A stretch of DNA of 64,000 nucleotides from Paecilomyces variotii (lineage: Eukaryota). The translations under genes were made by a program, and so were the position numbers. Below, one piece after another: positions 25,259-36,951 of the stretch (position 1 is the first letter of the stretch; every line of letters starts with the position of its first letter). Below the pieces are notes generated by a model. That model was not told the DNA's origin and ran no database searches. It saw only the letters and a list, made by a program, of their open reading frames with translations. The stretch lies in assembly GCA_004022145.1 (NCBI GenBank), contig RCNU01000001.1, one strand, 5' to 3'.

Positions 25259-25502
25259 AATCTGGCAGGGTATGTTACTGAGCGGGGGTCGGCGTTGTCG
25301 TATCAATCAATTTTATTGTCTATTGTGGTTTGGATCCACGAAGCATATGGAAAAAGAACAGATCATGAATAGTAGTTAATGTACATGTACATCAGTCCAG
25401 AAATGTATAGACCAGCCCTACACGCCTGTACAACACCAGAAACGCATGTGCCCCTCACATTGAACCACAGCATACACTCTAAACTCAGATGAAGCGGGTA
25501 TC

Positions 25503-27995
25503 TCAAGAGTTCGAGTTGGAGTTGGATTTCTCCGCTAGACGCCGAAGACCTTCATCGAGCAATTGCTCGCGCTCTTCCCTGCCCTCCAGCTGGGAATGCT
25601 GATTCCGCAGTGCGTCCCTCTGATCCAGCTCTTCAATGGCGGTTCGAAGACGTTCTGGGTCTCGCAGATAGCGCAGACCTTTCATCGTGTATGCATCGAC
25701 TGGGAATCCTTGCTCTTCCATCATTTTGATCGCCTCCGCGGTCTCTTCGACTTTCTGTGCGTTCGCGTAGCCATTGATTATAGTGTTCCAAGTCACGCCG
25801 TTGAAAGTCACCTCGTGCTTGGCCATCATCTCCCGGATCTTTTCCGCAGCTAGCGGTTGTCTGTTGTAGATAAAAGCACTGAGAAGGATAGTCCACGTCC
25901 GCGTCGTTGGCTTCGCGTGGGCTATTGGATGTTCCGCCGCCCAATCTAGCACGTCGCGCCCCGGAAGTGGATGAAGCATCTCCTCGACGATTTGAACACA
26001 ACAGCGGAGCGCTCGTGGGTCTTTGCGAAGTGAGACCAAAAATTCGTTATAGGTATGATCGGTCTCGGCCAGAGGTACAATAGTCTCGTGTCCACGGATG
26101 AGTAGCTGGCGGAATCGTTGGTATAACCGGTAGGCAATGCCTGAATTGCTTTGGCACCGGAGGTATGTCGCAATTATGATATATAAGGCCACTGGCGTCG
26201 GCTGAGGTTTCGGTTCACCCGGCGGATATCTGTAGTGAGGTGGTAGAATCAAGAGGTCTTTCAGGGGAGTTATACTGTAGAGTTCACTGTAGATATTAAG
26301 CATGGATGTAAAGACCTCTGAAGGATCGGCATCCGAATCAAGGTGTTTCGCGCTGAACGTATAATGAGCATGGAATATCTTGCCCGCAATGTAGGGGTTC
26401 TTCCGCAGCTCATCATTGGGACCGATTTCCTGTATAACCGAGTCGACACCGCCTCTGTCCCCGCGGGCCACAGCGTCTGTGAGCAACGTCAGGTATGTGT
26501 ATGAGTCGAGTTCAAAGCCTCGGGCCTTCATGTATCCCACCATATCTAAACCCAGTTGTGGATCACCGGTTTTGAAAGCATTGGAGATGACGACATTCAT
26601 CATGTCGCGATCGGGTTTGACGCCGAATCCAAGCAGTTTGGGGAGAATCTTGAAATTCCGCTCGCCGTTTTCATCATGAACGGTGTCTAAGGTTAAAAGT
26701 TTGCAGCAGTGGCGTAATACCGCCTGGGAGTCCAATTCGAAGCCGGCTTGTTTGGTTATAGGTATTAGCTGGAGGGCTTCCAGTGCTTTGTCCACGTTGC
26801 CAAACTCCGTAAAACGCATCATGAAACAGAGAGCTGTTTCCGCAGACATATGTGTCTTGCGTTCTCCCATCATTCGAAAAACACTCAGGACCCTTTGATG
26901 ATCCGATTTCTTGATGTATAAGCGGACGCCTTTTTGATTGAGAGAGACCACCGGCCATTTTTGGGGATCTAGGCAGGTGTGAATAACAGAGTGGTACCAC
27001 TCCTCGCTTTTCCAATGCTTGAGCTCCTCAGCATGAAATTCGTCAAGATAAAGCAGGCAGTCAGCGACCATACCAAATGGTGGTCGGATATCCTCGCGGG
27101 CCGTCGCAAGTAGAAATTTCATGGCAAGCTTAGGATCGTTCCATAGTAGATGTAGTGCTAGTCGCGGCCACTGGAACGCTTTCACGGCCCGAGCTAATTG
27201 CTTCCAACTGGCCTGGAAAAGGTTTTCGTTGTCCGTTTCAAGCTCCTGTAGAAGAGTCTTTCCACGATCATCCAACTCGTAGTACGACGGTTGCTGCCAT
27301 GACGACTTGTAGAACTTGGCTTTGTATAGTCTCGTATAGGAGTCTGGCCAAAGTCGATGCACGGAATCGAATGGATAAAAAGTAGCCATTCTTACTGCGA
27401 TATCGTAGCGAAACCACTTCTGGTCTATGACCCTCTTCTGTTGTTTTAACTGCTTCCCTGCCCTATCAACCGCAGCGACGACACGTCGGCGGGTACGGCG
27501 TTCAATAAATTGGCGAATTTCAGCATCAGAGTATACCGGATACTCCTTGGTGACCTTATCTTCATGATCGGCCGGCAGTGATACTGTGTCATCATACCAA
27601 TCCAAAGTTTCTTCGTCGAGAGCCGATCCGTTCGAGGATTCTGCACCATCTGTATTACCACCAGTCACCTTCTCTTGGAGCGAATCCACCTGCCGATCTA
27701 TCGCTCCAAAGCTCTCCTTGGACACTGGGTGCCATGTAACCGGAGAGTCTCGGGGGCAAGACTCCTTGAATAGATGACGAGGGACAAATGCAGACTCCTT
27801 CAAATTATCTTCCTTGTAACCTAGGTCGCCAGAAGCACTCGCGTCTGATTGAGAAGTGGTATTCTCTCCTCCCCTTGCCGTCTGCGCTGCTGCGTATCGA
27901 CGCCATTGCCCAAGTCCGTTCCTGGACCGCGGGACACAGGACGAAAGCCCGGCTGTCAAGCGGCAGCGAATAACGCTGTTCGGGCACGTGTACAT
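25503..27995 (-). CDS. Mitochondrial pentatricopeptide-repeat (PPR) protein
   Basis: 830-aa intronless ORF with an Arg-rich presequence (RRYA) and PPR motifs such as TWNTIINGYANAQKVEETAEAIKMM and YTYLTLL. Confidence 0.88.
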   Translation of the reverse strand: MYTCPNSVIRCRLTAGLSSCVPRSRNGLGQWRRYAAAQTARGGENTTSQSDASASGDLGYKEDNLKESAFVPRHLFKESCPRDSPVTWHPVSKESFGAIDRQVDSLQEKVTGGNTDGAESSNGSALDEETLDWYDDTVSLPADHEDKVTKEYPVYSDAEIRQFIERRTRRRVVAAVDRAGKQLKQQKRVIDQKWFRYDIAVRMATFYPFDSVHRLWPDSYTRLYKAKFYKSSWQQPSYYELDDRGKTLLQELETDNENLFQASWKQLARAVKAFQWPRLALHLLWNDPKLAMKFLLATAREDIRPPFGMVADCLLYLDEFHAEELKHWKSEEWYHSVIHTCLDPQKWPVVSLNQKGVRLYIKKSDHQRVLSVFRMMGERKTHMSAETALCFMMRFTEFGNVDKALEALQLIPITKQAGFELDSQAVLRHCCKLLTLDTVHDENGERNFKILPKLLGFGVKPDRDMMNVVISNAFKTGDPQLGLDMVGYMKARGFELDSYTYLTLLTDAVARGDRGGVDSVIQEIGPNDELRKNPYIAGKIFHAHYTFSAKHLDSDADPSEVFTSMLNIYSELYSITPLKDLLILPPHYRYPPGEPKPQPTPVALYIIIATYLRCQSNSGIAYRLYQRFRQLLIRGHETIVPLAETDHTYNEFLVSLRKDPRALRCCVQIVEEMLHPLPGRDVLDWAAEHPIAHAKPTTRTWTILLSAFIYNRQPLAAEKIREMMAKHEVTFNGVTWNTIINGYANAQKVEETAEAIKMMEEQGFPVDAYTMKGLRYLRDPERLRTAIEELDQRDALRNQHSQLEGREEREQLLDEGLRRLAEKSNSNSNS

Positions 27996-28351
27996 TCAGG
28001 AGTTCGACAAGAGAGGCATTGACATAAACCGGACGACTGAAATATCGAATACCGGAGCGTGCATCGACGGAGAATCAACGCTCAAGAAAGCCGGCAGTCT
28101 GAGTTTGCGAACAAGCAGACAAGAAGACTTCGGAGTTTGAGCTGTGGCTGGTGTAGACTTCCGACTGTGGCGCAAGCCCTGCGGGACAATTATCGCTGTG
28201 AAGCTCCCGAGTTAAGAACCAGAACGGACATTGACCAGCGAGATTCCACAGCGCTCGAACAATCTGACAGCTACGCCTCGAGTGCTATTATCTGTGCTTT
28301 CTTACGTTGTTCAATTCTCAGATATTTATATTTTCCGGCCTGGCGGGGAAC

Positions 28352-28963
28352 ATGTCATCTAACCACGCTTCTCTCGATGCGGCGGCAACAGAACGCAAGG
28401 CAAGACTAGCCAGACTTGCAGCGCTGAAACGGAAACAACCAGAACCAGAGTCATCCGTGGACAATCCTCCCAGAGACGAGGAGCTTGGAGACGCAGCCCC
28501 CGATGTCACCACGTCATTCCTGTCTGGGCGAAATTACGACCCCGAAACGCGCGGCCCGAAGCTTGGATTTGAACATGCTCCAACAGATGGGCAGATCACG
28601 TTGGAGGAAAAGGCCGCTGAGATAGCAAAAGCTACCGCCGAACAAGCAAAGAAGGAAGAAGAGGCAGAACAACCAATTGATCTATTCAAACTGCAACCGA
28701 AGAAGCCAAACTGGGATCTGAAGCGTGACTTGGATGAAAAACTGAAGATTCTGAACGTCCGGACCGAGAATGCCATCGCGAGACTCGTACGACAGCGCAT
28801 AGAGAATGCGCAGCGTGAAGCAAGAGGCAAACCTTCCAGAAACGACGGAGAGCAGCAAGGGGAGGAAGTTGGGATGGAAGGCGGAACGCTGGTGGAAGGT
28901 ATTCACGTTCGTGAAAGGGAAGAGGAAGAAGCGCGGAATAGAGAAGAGGATGAAACGCTGTGA
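28352..28963 (+). CDS. CWC18: Pre-mRNA splicing factor Cwf18/CCDC12
   Basis: ERKARLARL, RNYDPET and IDLFKLQPKKPNWDLKRDL. Confidence 0.92.
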   Translation: MSSNHASLDAAATERKARLARLAALKRKQPEPESSVDNPPRDEELGDAAPDVTTSFLSGRNYDPETRGPKLGFEHAPTDGQITLEEKAAEIAKATAEQAKKEEEAEQPIDLFKLQPKKPNWDLKRDLDEKLKILNVRTENAIARLVRQRIENAQREARGKPSRNDGEQQGEEVGMEGGTLVEGIHVREREEEEARNREEDETL

Positions 28964-29177
28964 TACCCGATTGTTGAAAAAGCTTTTATGGATGGTTCTT
29001 CCTGTATCTGGCGTTAGAGGCACATTGGGGGACGCGGTTGAGGAAGTAAAATGGCGCAACAGGTATCTATGGTATTGCAGCTCCATTATCATTATGTAAT
29101 CTTTGGTAACAATACATGATCAAAAATAATTTTCAGCTCCGAAAATGCAGGATTCTGGTAGACCTTGCCAGTGTACC

Positions 29178-30212
29178 TCATCTCCCCATATTCATAGCTT
29201 GTGTGAGAGCGAGCCGCTTACTGAAGGGGCTCAAACTGCGCTCCCGCGGCGGAGCAGGAGCTGGGGCTTCCCTCCGCTGGCGCCCATTCTCCCCGCCATA
29301 TCTGCCCCTAGGCGATCGAGGTCTGGGTGGCCGACGCTCCCTCTCGTGAACAGGTACTGGCAGATCCTCCGGAGTCAATGACCGCCGCCCTTTTGCGATG
29401 CGACTCTTATCCAGACTATCGCTCCGAGACCTGTCTCGTCGTCGTCCCCGACTGCTCACTTCATGTTTGCGCCCGCGCTCCTCTGGGCTAGATATTCTGT
29501 GACGTCTTCTTATATTCCTCTCATGGTCTCTGTCCCTAGATTGCGCGCGCCCCACAGACGAGGGAGAAGAGTGTGAGTACCCCGAAGATGCGTCGCTGTA
29601 TCGCCTCTTTCTCCTCCTTGATTCATGAGGCGAAACAGATGTAGTCCTACGTGGTGATCTTGTCTCACTGCCGCCGGCGTCGTACCTTTGCCGGCGCTCC
29701 CGAGACGCAGAACGGGAACGGTTGGTAGATATGGTGGAGACAGAGCTGGCAGAATGCGACGACAGCGACCTTGCACGCTTCCGTGATTGATGACGGCCAT
29801 CTGAAAGCTCGTCGAGGTCGTCTATATCCCTTTTCCGTCCTCGCTCTTCGTCCTTTTTCTTTAGCAGCTCATCTGCGACACCCTTCCTGTAGAGGCATTA
29901 GATCCCTGGAAACAAGACACAGTAAGGGCATGACATACGTGCGCGAGAGATCATTTGGTACCTCTGTTGTGAGCTTAGGCCTCAGATCTGGGTTCAGGAG
30001 TTGCTGGGTGCGGGAAGGCCGAGATATATACGGTCTCTCCTGAGCAGGCGCCTTGCATTCGTAACTATAGTGCCGTGCTTGGTGTCAGTTAGGAGAGCTG
30101 CAAAAAATATAGACAAGCTGAACATATCTCTTTTTAAACATTTCTGGCAAAGTGTGTCAGCAGAAGCCCTTGTTGGACCTCGCAACCCAGGGACATTTCG
30201 ATATCGGTTCAT
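29178..30212 (-). CDS. Zinc-knuckle (CCHC) Ser/Arg-rich protein, ZCCHC10-like, 3 exons
   Basis: Exons 30212-30128, 30074-29939 and 29886-29178. Spliced product has CQKCLKRGHYSYEC...ERPYISRPSRTQQL, an RS-rich region and the C-terminus RERSLSPFSKRLALTQAMNMGR. Confidence 0.88.
30075..30127 (-). other. Non-canonical AT-AC spliceosomal intron (53 nt)
   Basis: Minus strand reads AGAG|ATATGT...CTCTCCTAACTGACACCAAGCAC|GGCAC. Removal restores exact C-x2-C-x4-H-x4-C spacing. Confidence 0.8.
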
Positions 30213-30980
30213 TGCACGCAGCGTTCGACGGAACACTGATCGCGCTGGTTTGCGGGATTTTGGGGGAACTCTGAGTTGATAAATGGAAGGACTAACCGCG
30301 CAGGTGCGACGAATAGGATATGGAATGGAAGAAGCCTGATATTCTAATTGCGCCTTATGTTCACCCCGAGATATCAGAACGTTGGAGAGTCATAACTACC
30401 AAAACCATAAATTGTCGCGGGGCGGCTATCACAGCCAACCACAGCAGGCAACACCCGCGCGGCAAGCACACCGGGGGCTAAACCCCACGAAGGAAGCCGT
30501 CCTGCTTGGGTTTACCAGATCCAACGTCTGCTCTCTCTCACCTCCGCCGTCTTCTGTATCCGCCCCTCGTCTTTCAGGCAGACAATCGCCTTCTTCGTGG
30601 GACACCCTGAGAGTCCTGCTCTTCTTGGCTTTGCAGAAGTCATTCTTCCTGAGACTGAGCCAGCGACTGACGCTTCGAACACGCTGTTACCGTTGACCTT
30701 TTATTGCCAGTATCAAGTCTGGCTGACTATATTATCCTACGTCGTGCACCTTGCTAGCCTTTTCGGGCAGCTTCAATTCCTGGGAACCGCGTCTTTTCAC
30801 ATGGCGAATGTCTTCTCTCAGAGATATGTCGTCTTTCTCTTTGGGCTTGTGTGAAGCGTTTGTCAGCGACCTCATCTCAGTTCGAGTTTCGGTTCAATCC
30901 TTTCCTTAACCCGCACTGCGCTCCTATTAGTCCGGCTCAGCGTCGTAGGCACAACTCGTGCTTTCCGTGACTAATTGAAG

Positions 30981-33548
30981 ATGGCATCGAATACAAAGGG
31001 CGGAGGCGCAAACCGTCTCTCGTTCGCAAAGGTACGCTGGTGTGCGAAGCAAAAATGGACCTAGGTCAAACGGCTGATATGTTACTCAGATCGCAGCAAT
31101 GCCTCCTCCCTCCAAACTGGAGTCTCCGATTGCCCACCCTGAAGAGAACGGCTCTCAATTAACCGAACCACCGACGAGCCCATCGGCATACCACACTTCC
31201 AGCACGACCTTACCCCCGGAGCAGTCCGTCATTCAGTCGAAAGAAAACAGCGCAGACCGACAGATTGAAGGCCTCGGAAAAGCCGTAAAGGCTCTTGGGC
31301 TTACAAAAGGGAAGAACCCGGAGGGCTCAGAGTCCTCTGGAGACCCACAAGAGAACGGCGTTCTCAAGAGAGAAACATCCTTTGAGGATGACAGGACTCA
31401 CCTATCTAACTCTTCTACTAAACAGACGAGCTTTGACTCGAAAAGCATGGCGTCTGTTACAACCTTCGCCATGGACGAGAAGGATTCGTTACGCCCGGAC
31501 GACAGCGCAAGCGTCCAGGCTGCGGACGAAGAAGAGTCTCTCTCCGGTCCTGCTTCTGGAGCACCAAACTCGCTGACAGGATCTGAATCTGGTGCGAGAG
31601 GACTTAGAGATCACTTGCGGGATGCTAGTCTCCAGAAAGCAAGAGGCGTTGTCCCCGGCGCTGCGCCCCGTTTCAATGATGGCGGTATCCAGATTTCGGG
31701 AGCGATTCCCCCGGGCTCTGTTTCTAACAACTTTGTTCTGCCGAATGCAGACTCCTTCCAAGACGGCAGATCTCTCCATGGTTTCCCGTCAGAGCCAGAC
31801 GAGAAACTTTTGGAGGCAATGAACTCCCCCAAAGACCGCCTTCTGTTACTACAGCTGGAGGAAAAGATCCGGATCTTTATCCAAGACTCAAAGTGAGTTG
31901 TTATTTTCCTATTCCTGATTTCATGCTCGTCAGAGGGAAAGATATTCTAACGTTGCACTAGAGAACAATCTCTGGAACTTCCGCCATCTAACGCGTTTGG
32001 ACGGCTCCTCGCACATAAGCTGGGCGACTATTATCACCTAACCCACTTTGTGGACAATAACGTCACATCTGTCCGCCTTCACAGAACACCCTTCTGTCGA
32101 CTGTAGGCTGCCTATCATTCACTATTTATTGTCACTAATGAACATCTGCTGATAATATTAGGCCTACTCCCCTAGCCTTACTACATGCCGCTAATACAAC
32201 GCCTCCTCCAAGTGCTCCAGCGATGAAAATCATGCGCCGCAATGGAGATCGTCCTGGGGGTAGTACAGGTGCTAACTCCTCAGCTCCCTCTAAGACCACC
32301 TCGGAAGCTGGTGGAGAAGGTAACGACGAAGAGCGCGGTGGCTCTTCTGCTGGCGCAACACCAGCCAAGGACAGAACTACCATGACTCGGGAGGAGCGAG
32401 AAGCTAAGTACCAAGAGGCTCGGGAGAGAATATTCCGCGATTTCCCCGAGTCGAAGTCTTCCGACAACGCAAGCGGCGATCAAAGCGCACAGATGTCCCG
32501 TTCAAGTTCGGCCAGTGGTCGAAAGAAAACTCACAGACAGAAAACACCACATGACGATAGCTTTGAGGCAAGATCGCAGTTCAATGCTTACTACCCAGGG
32601 ATGCATTATGCTTCCGGTCCGGTCCCATACAATGTCCCCATGGGCGATGGCTCTTATACAGGCCAGCCACCTTACATGGTTGGACCTGGCGCTTCGCCCA
32701 GCATGGGGTACGTCCAGAATGCCCAGCACAATGCGATGTATTCTGCACCGATGAACATGAACTCTGTCCCACATTATCCTATGACGGTCTCTCCTCACAT
32801 GGCTCAGAACAACGGTTGGCAGAATGGTGCTTTGCCTCAAGGATCGCCATATTCAGGATATGCGTCCATCAACCAGCCGTCAGCCATGATGGCTCAACAG
32901 TCGTCCACGAGGTCTTCTCCCGCGATGAACAACTACGCTGTTCCCAACACTGCACAGTACCAGCAGACGGCTCCCTCGTGGATGCCAACACCTTATCAGT
33001 CAAGCTTCCAGCATTCCCCGCAGCGCAACCCTCCACCCGTACACTGGCCGAACTATCCTTCTCAGTCCATGGTATCAGGACCCGTTACGTATCCGTATGG
33101 ACAACTGCCGGCACAGCCTTACGGCCCGGGAATGCAGAATCATGCAAACCAGCACCCATTACCTGGGAGCTTCACTAGATCCCCTTTCAACCCCCAAACC
33201 CGGTCTTTCGTGCCTGGTGCTGGGTCCCCCATGGGTTACCCCGGAAAAGGGAATCAGCATGGAATGGGTCACTCCTATGGGGGACCTCAGCCTGGCAACC
33301 AGCAGCAGTGGGGTGGATCTCAGTCTCCTGCTTCAAACTATGCCGCAGGACGCAATGGCTCATCTAGTAGCCAGGATTCTATCGCGAAATGGGGCACACC
33401 ATCCCATTTGCCTCCAAAGCCTCCACCCTCAGAGGTCTCTTCTGACTTCGATATGAAGAATAGGATTACTTCCGTGCCAAACAACAACGGGCTGCCCAAC
33501 ATGAAAAATGGACCGCTCGTGGTTTCAGGAGGCTCCAAACAAAACTGA
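30981..33548 (+). CDS. R3H and SUZ domain RNA-binding protein, 4 exons
   Basis: LLEAMNSPKDRLLLLQLEEKI, LPPSNAFGRLLAHKLGDYYHLTH (R3H) and MKIMRR...TREEREAKYQEARERIF (SUZ); P/Q/Y-rich tail with FNPQTRSFVP. Confidence 0.9.
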
Positions 33549-34437
33549 TTTCAAACCGTTATCAGCCAATTTCCTTTCTTGTGCATCTTTGCTATGTGGC
33601 GTGGTGATACGAACTGCAATGAAATAGCTGCGGTGATCCTCCGGCGGGTGGCGTACCTGGGAAGCTTCTGGTTATCATGTGGCGAGCATCATAAAAAGTC
33701 TGACACTTGGTGCATCGTATGTCGGGACTCTCTTTTGTGTTTCCTCATCCGCAACCTAACCCTGGCAGGTGAAGGCGTGAGCGGGGACCCGAGTAGAGGG
33801 AGGGGTCTTTGAGCCGGCAGAACGGCTCGAAGCAATGCAAACAGAATTTCTACTCACATTGATTGATATCCACGCAGTTCTCTCGCGTAGCGGAGGAATG
33901 GCGTGGGCGCTAGGGCAAGATTCGGGAAAACATAATGACTTCCAACGCTGATCATCTTCTGTTTGTTATGGCCAAAGGACGGGGAAAGAAAGAGTTTTCA
34001 ATATTTCCTGCTTGCTTTGCTGACATGCAGTTCCCGGCCGCTCGGCTCTTCTAAGATAATCGCTCACGTAGATTGCCTAATGTATGTTATAATTCAATAA
34101 GAATCTACCTTTCTCGGTACGACGGAGATAAGAATACCGTAGAGATCATCGGATCGGTTCCAAAGTCATCTTTGATCATTTGATACATGTTTATCTCACA
34201 AGAAGCTGGCTAGGAAAACAAAGAGCCGCGAAGATGCTGACCCAGATAGAACATGGCTGAGACACGCCGAGAGGGAAAAAAAAGGTAGCACAGGAGTTCA
34301 TAAACCGATAAGCCACTCGATAGATATACACAGGGCTGAAGAATTCGCAGTCCACCCCAGACGGACGGATTCAACAGGCAGAGAAAGAAGCAAGGGAAAA
34401 GCACCAAAGGGCCCCGAGGCCTGATATAGGTTTCAGC

Positions 34438-35239
34438 TTACTCCTTTGCTTCCGCCTCCGACTTCTTAGGCGACGCAGCTTCCTTTTTCTCCTTTAGTTC
34501 CATTCGCTCCATCCGCTTAATGGCATCTTCGAGCTCATCTATACCATTCTTTCGGAACTGCGTCACCTTCTTCACGTTGAGAGCCGTCAATTCGTTCAGG
34601 GTCTCGAAACCTTGCGATCGCTGGCGCGCCACCGTCTTCGCGGTCATGGCGAATCGAATGTCCTTGGGGCCGTCTACTAGCTCGAGGATCGCACTGGGGG
34701 CCTGGTCATCCTTCTTGGGCTCAACGCGGAGAACGCGCGTGTATCCACCGGGTCGGTCGGCGTAGCGTTCACGGAGAGGTCCGAAGAGTTTGGGGAGAAG
34801 CTCATGGGGGGTCTGTTTGATATGCTGGTCAGTAGGTGCTCTGCAGCTCACTCGTGAGGATGTTGATCGACGAAAAGAATAGAGTCCATATGATCTTCGA
34901 GGAGTAAAGATATACGCTAGCATGGACGAATGAAATATCTGGGTCCATCTCATGCAGTTTATATCCCGCCAGCCTTTTGCCTCTAGTATACCGCAAAAAG
35001 GACCGGTGGACGAATATACGTACATAAAAGATCTGCAATGCCCGTCTCCTGCTTGATTCCGTATTCTTCTTGCCCAATGTGATCAGCTTCTCAGCAAGTC
35101 GCTGTGCTTCCTTCGCCTTCGGCCATGTTGTCGTGATGGATTCGTGCTGAAACAGTGACGTGACCAGGTTGCGCAGCAAGGCCTGCCTGTGCGATGACTT
35201 CCGGCTAAGATGACGATATTTGGTCGCACCGCCCGCCAT
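34438..35239 (-). CDS. MRPL8: Mitochondrial ribosomal protein bL17m, 2 exons
   Basis: YRHLSRKSSHRQALLRNLVTSL...ITTTWPKAKE...RYADRPGGYTRVLR. Confidence 0.95.
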
Positions 35240-35859
35240 CTTGAATGACTATGTTCTGGTTGGAGGAGGATTAAAGGATGGGAGTATCGGTAAAAACGGG
35301 TTCCTGGGGTGAGAGCAAGGTCGAATCGCGCTGGCTGGAAGCACGACGGTTCCGCAGCAAGGGAATAGAAGTGAACAATTGACCCCTCGATGGCGGAGCC
35401 GGAAGAAGAACGGTCTTGTTCGCGTTGAGAAGAAGGCTGAATTGTTCTTGGACTCCTTTGGTCTCCGATCAGAAGATTCGATCCTGAGGTTTCCGCCGCA
35501 GCCAATCGGAGAGCTGGCCTGGGGCCTCCGATCGTCCACTGCGGACTTGGAGGGCAGAAACATCTCATCCTCACTTCGTCCAGTTCCACGCAGTGTCTTG
35601 CGCTTGATCTAGAAGCGAATTACCAGAGCGCTCTGGTCTCTGGAAGCCCAGGACGGCTCCCTGTGTTCAGTTCAAGCCAAACACCCGTCTCTTAACAATA
35701 TCCTTTCGTCCTGCCCAGACAAAGGACTGCAGTACAAACAGGCTGAATCACCCCACCAGCTCCGCATAGCCATTGCATTATCCTGTGTCTCTTTGACTGC
35801 GCTGTATTTCCATACAATAAGTCTACATACTTACTCCTAGAGGAGTATTCCTGGGCAGC

Positions 35860-36311
35860 ATGGGTTTCCTGGCAGGATTTGTATGTTTCAAGTCATCCAA
35901 TTGTTATCATACTGCAAATGTTTGTTGTCACGAGACCAAGATGGATTGATTCTTTGGCGCATATAGTTTGGCGGGTTCGCTCTCACTACCTCCGTTCTCT
36001 ATCTCTCAGTTCAAGTCCACCGTTCAAATCGCCTCGAGCAGCAAAGAGCGATCAGGGAGCAGACTGAAGTCCTCAATACGCTTGCTTCTCCGGCCGGCGC
36101 ATACTACCGTCGATTCGCTCCCGAAGTGCCAGAACGGAAGCCACGCGACTTCGAGACAGAAAGAGCGGGAACAAAAGCGCTGCTAAAGGAGAAATGGAAC
36201 CGCGAGGTGGAAGCATTGGCTAGGAAGGCGTACGAAGTGCGTTGGGAAGATATGAGAGAGACAGCCGTGGAAGGTTTCAAGGCCGTTTCGCGACTGGTTA
36301 AGAGGGAGTAA
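35860..36311 (+). CDS. MIC12: MICOS subunit Mic12-like small mitochondrial protein, 2 exons
   Basis: MGFLAGF|(intron 35881-~35966)|FGGFALTTSVLYLSVQVHRSNRLEQQRAIREQ...LKEKWNREVEAL. Confidence 0.8.
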
Positions 36312-36951
36312 ACAAGTGCAGATGGATGATTTTCATGGATACCATTCCCATGTCATGGGATCCGTACGCCCCGGATATTTCGAGCGATTTGTTGATGTTG
36401 CATGCCTTTATACCCATTTTATTACTGTATATATGGTGTGACGGAGTTGGGATATCGGTTCTTCGCACGCCTGTTGTGAATCATAGTATACAACCCTTCA
36501 ACTCTCTTCATGCTATTTTTGTCTAATGACCAACTCCGCTATACGACCTAATTGATGTCAATGGGTATATGAGATATATGTGTGGAGTCTGGACAATAAT
36601 GCCATACTGTTGATGCGGAGCTTGGCCGGGACCTTATAAGCAGGTCAAAGCAGTACTTCATAGCATGGAGCTTTTCGATCGCCCATGTGGAAGAGAAGTC
36701 GGTATGTTCTGCGCACCACCAGGCAGGGATCGAGTTATTCCCAGGATAGCGGCCATCATTCGCGCAAGTTTGTCATAAGCGCCGTATTGTGTAGGGGGGG
36801 ATTCGTCTCCTTTGAGATGGTAATATGAGACTCGGACCGAGGGAGGGATGTAAGTCTCCCCTTGCACACCATCGTGCTCTCGAATCCACGGCATTCGCGT
36901 TTGCAGCGAATAAATGTTGAAAGTTCCTGAACGTAGGTACCGCTTTCGCCT

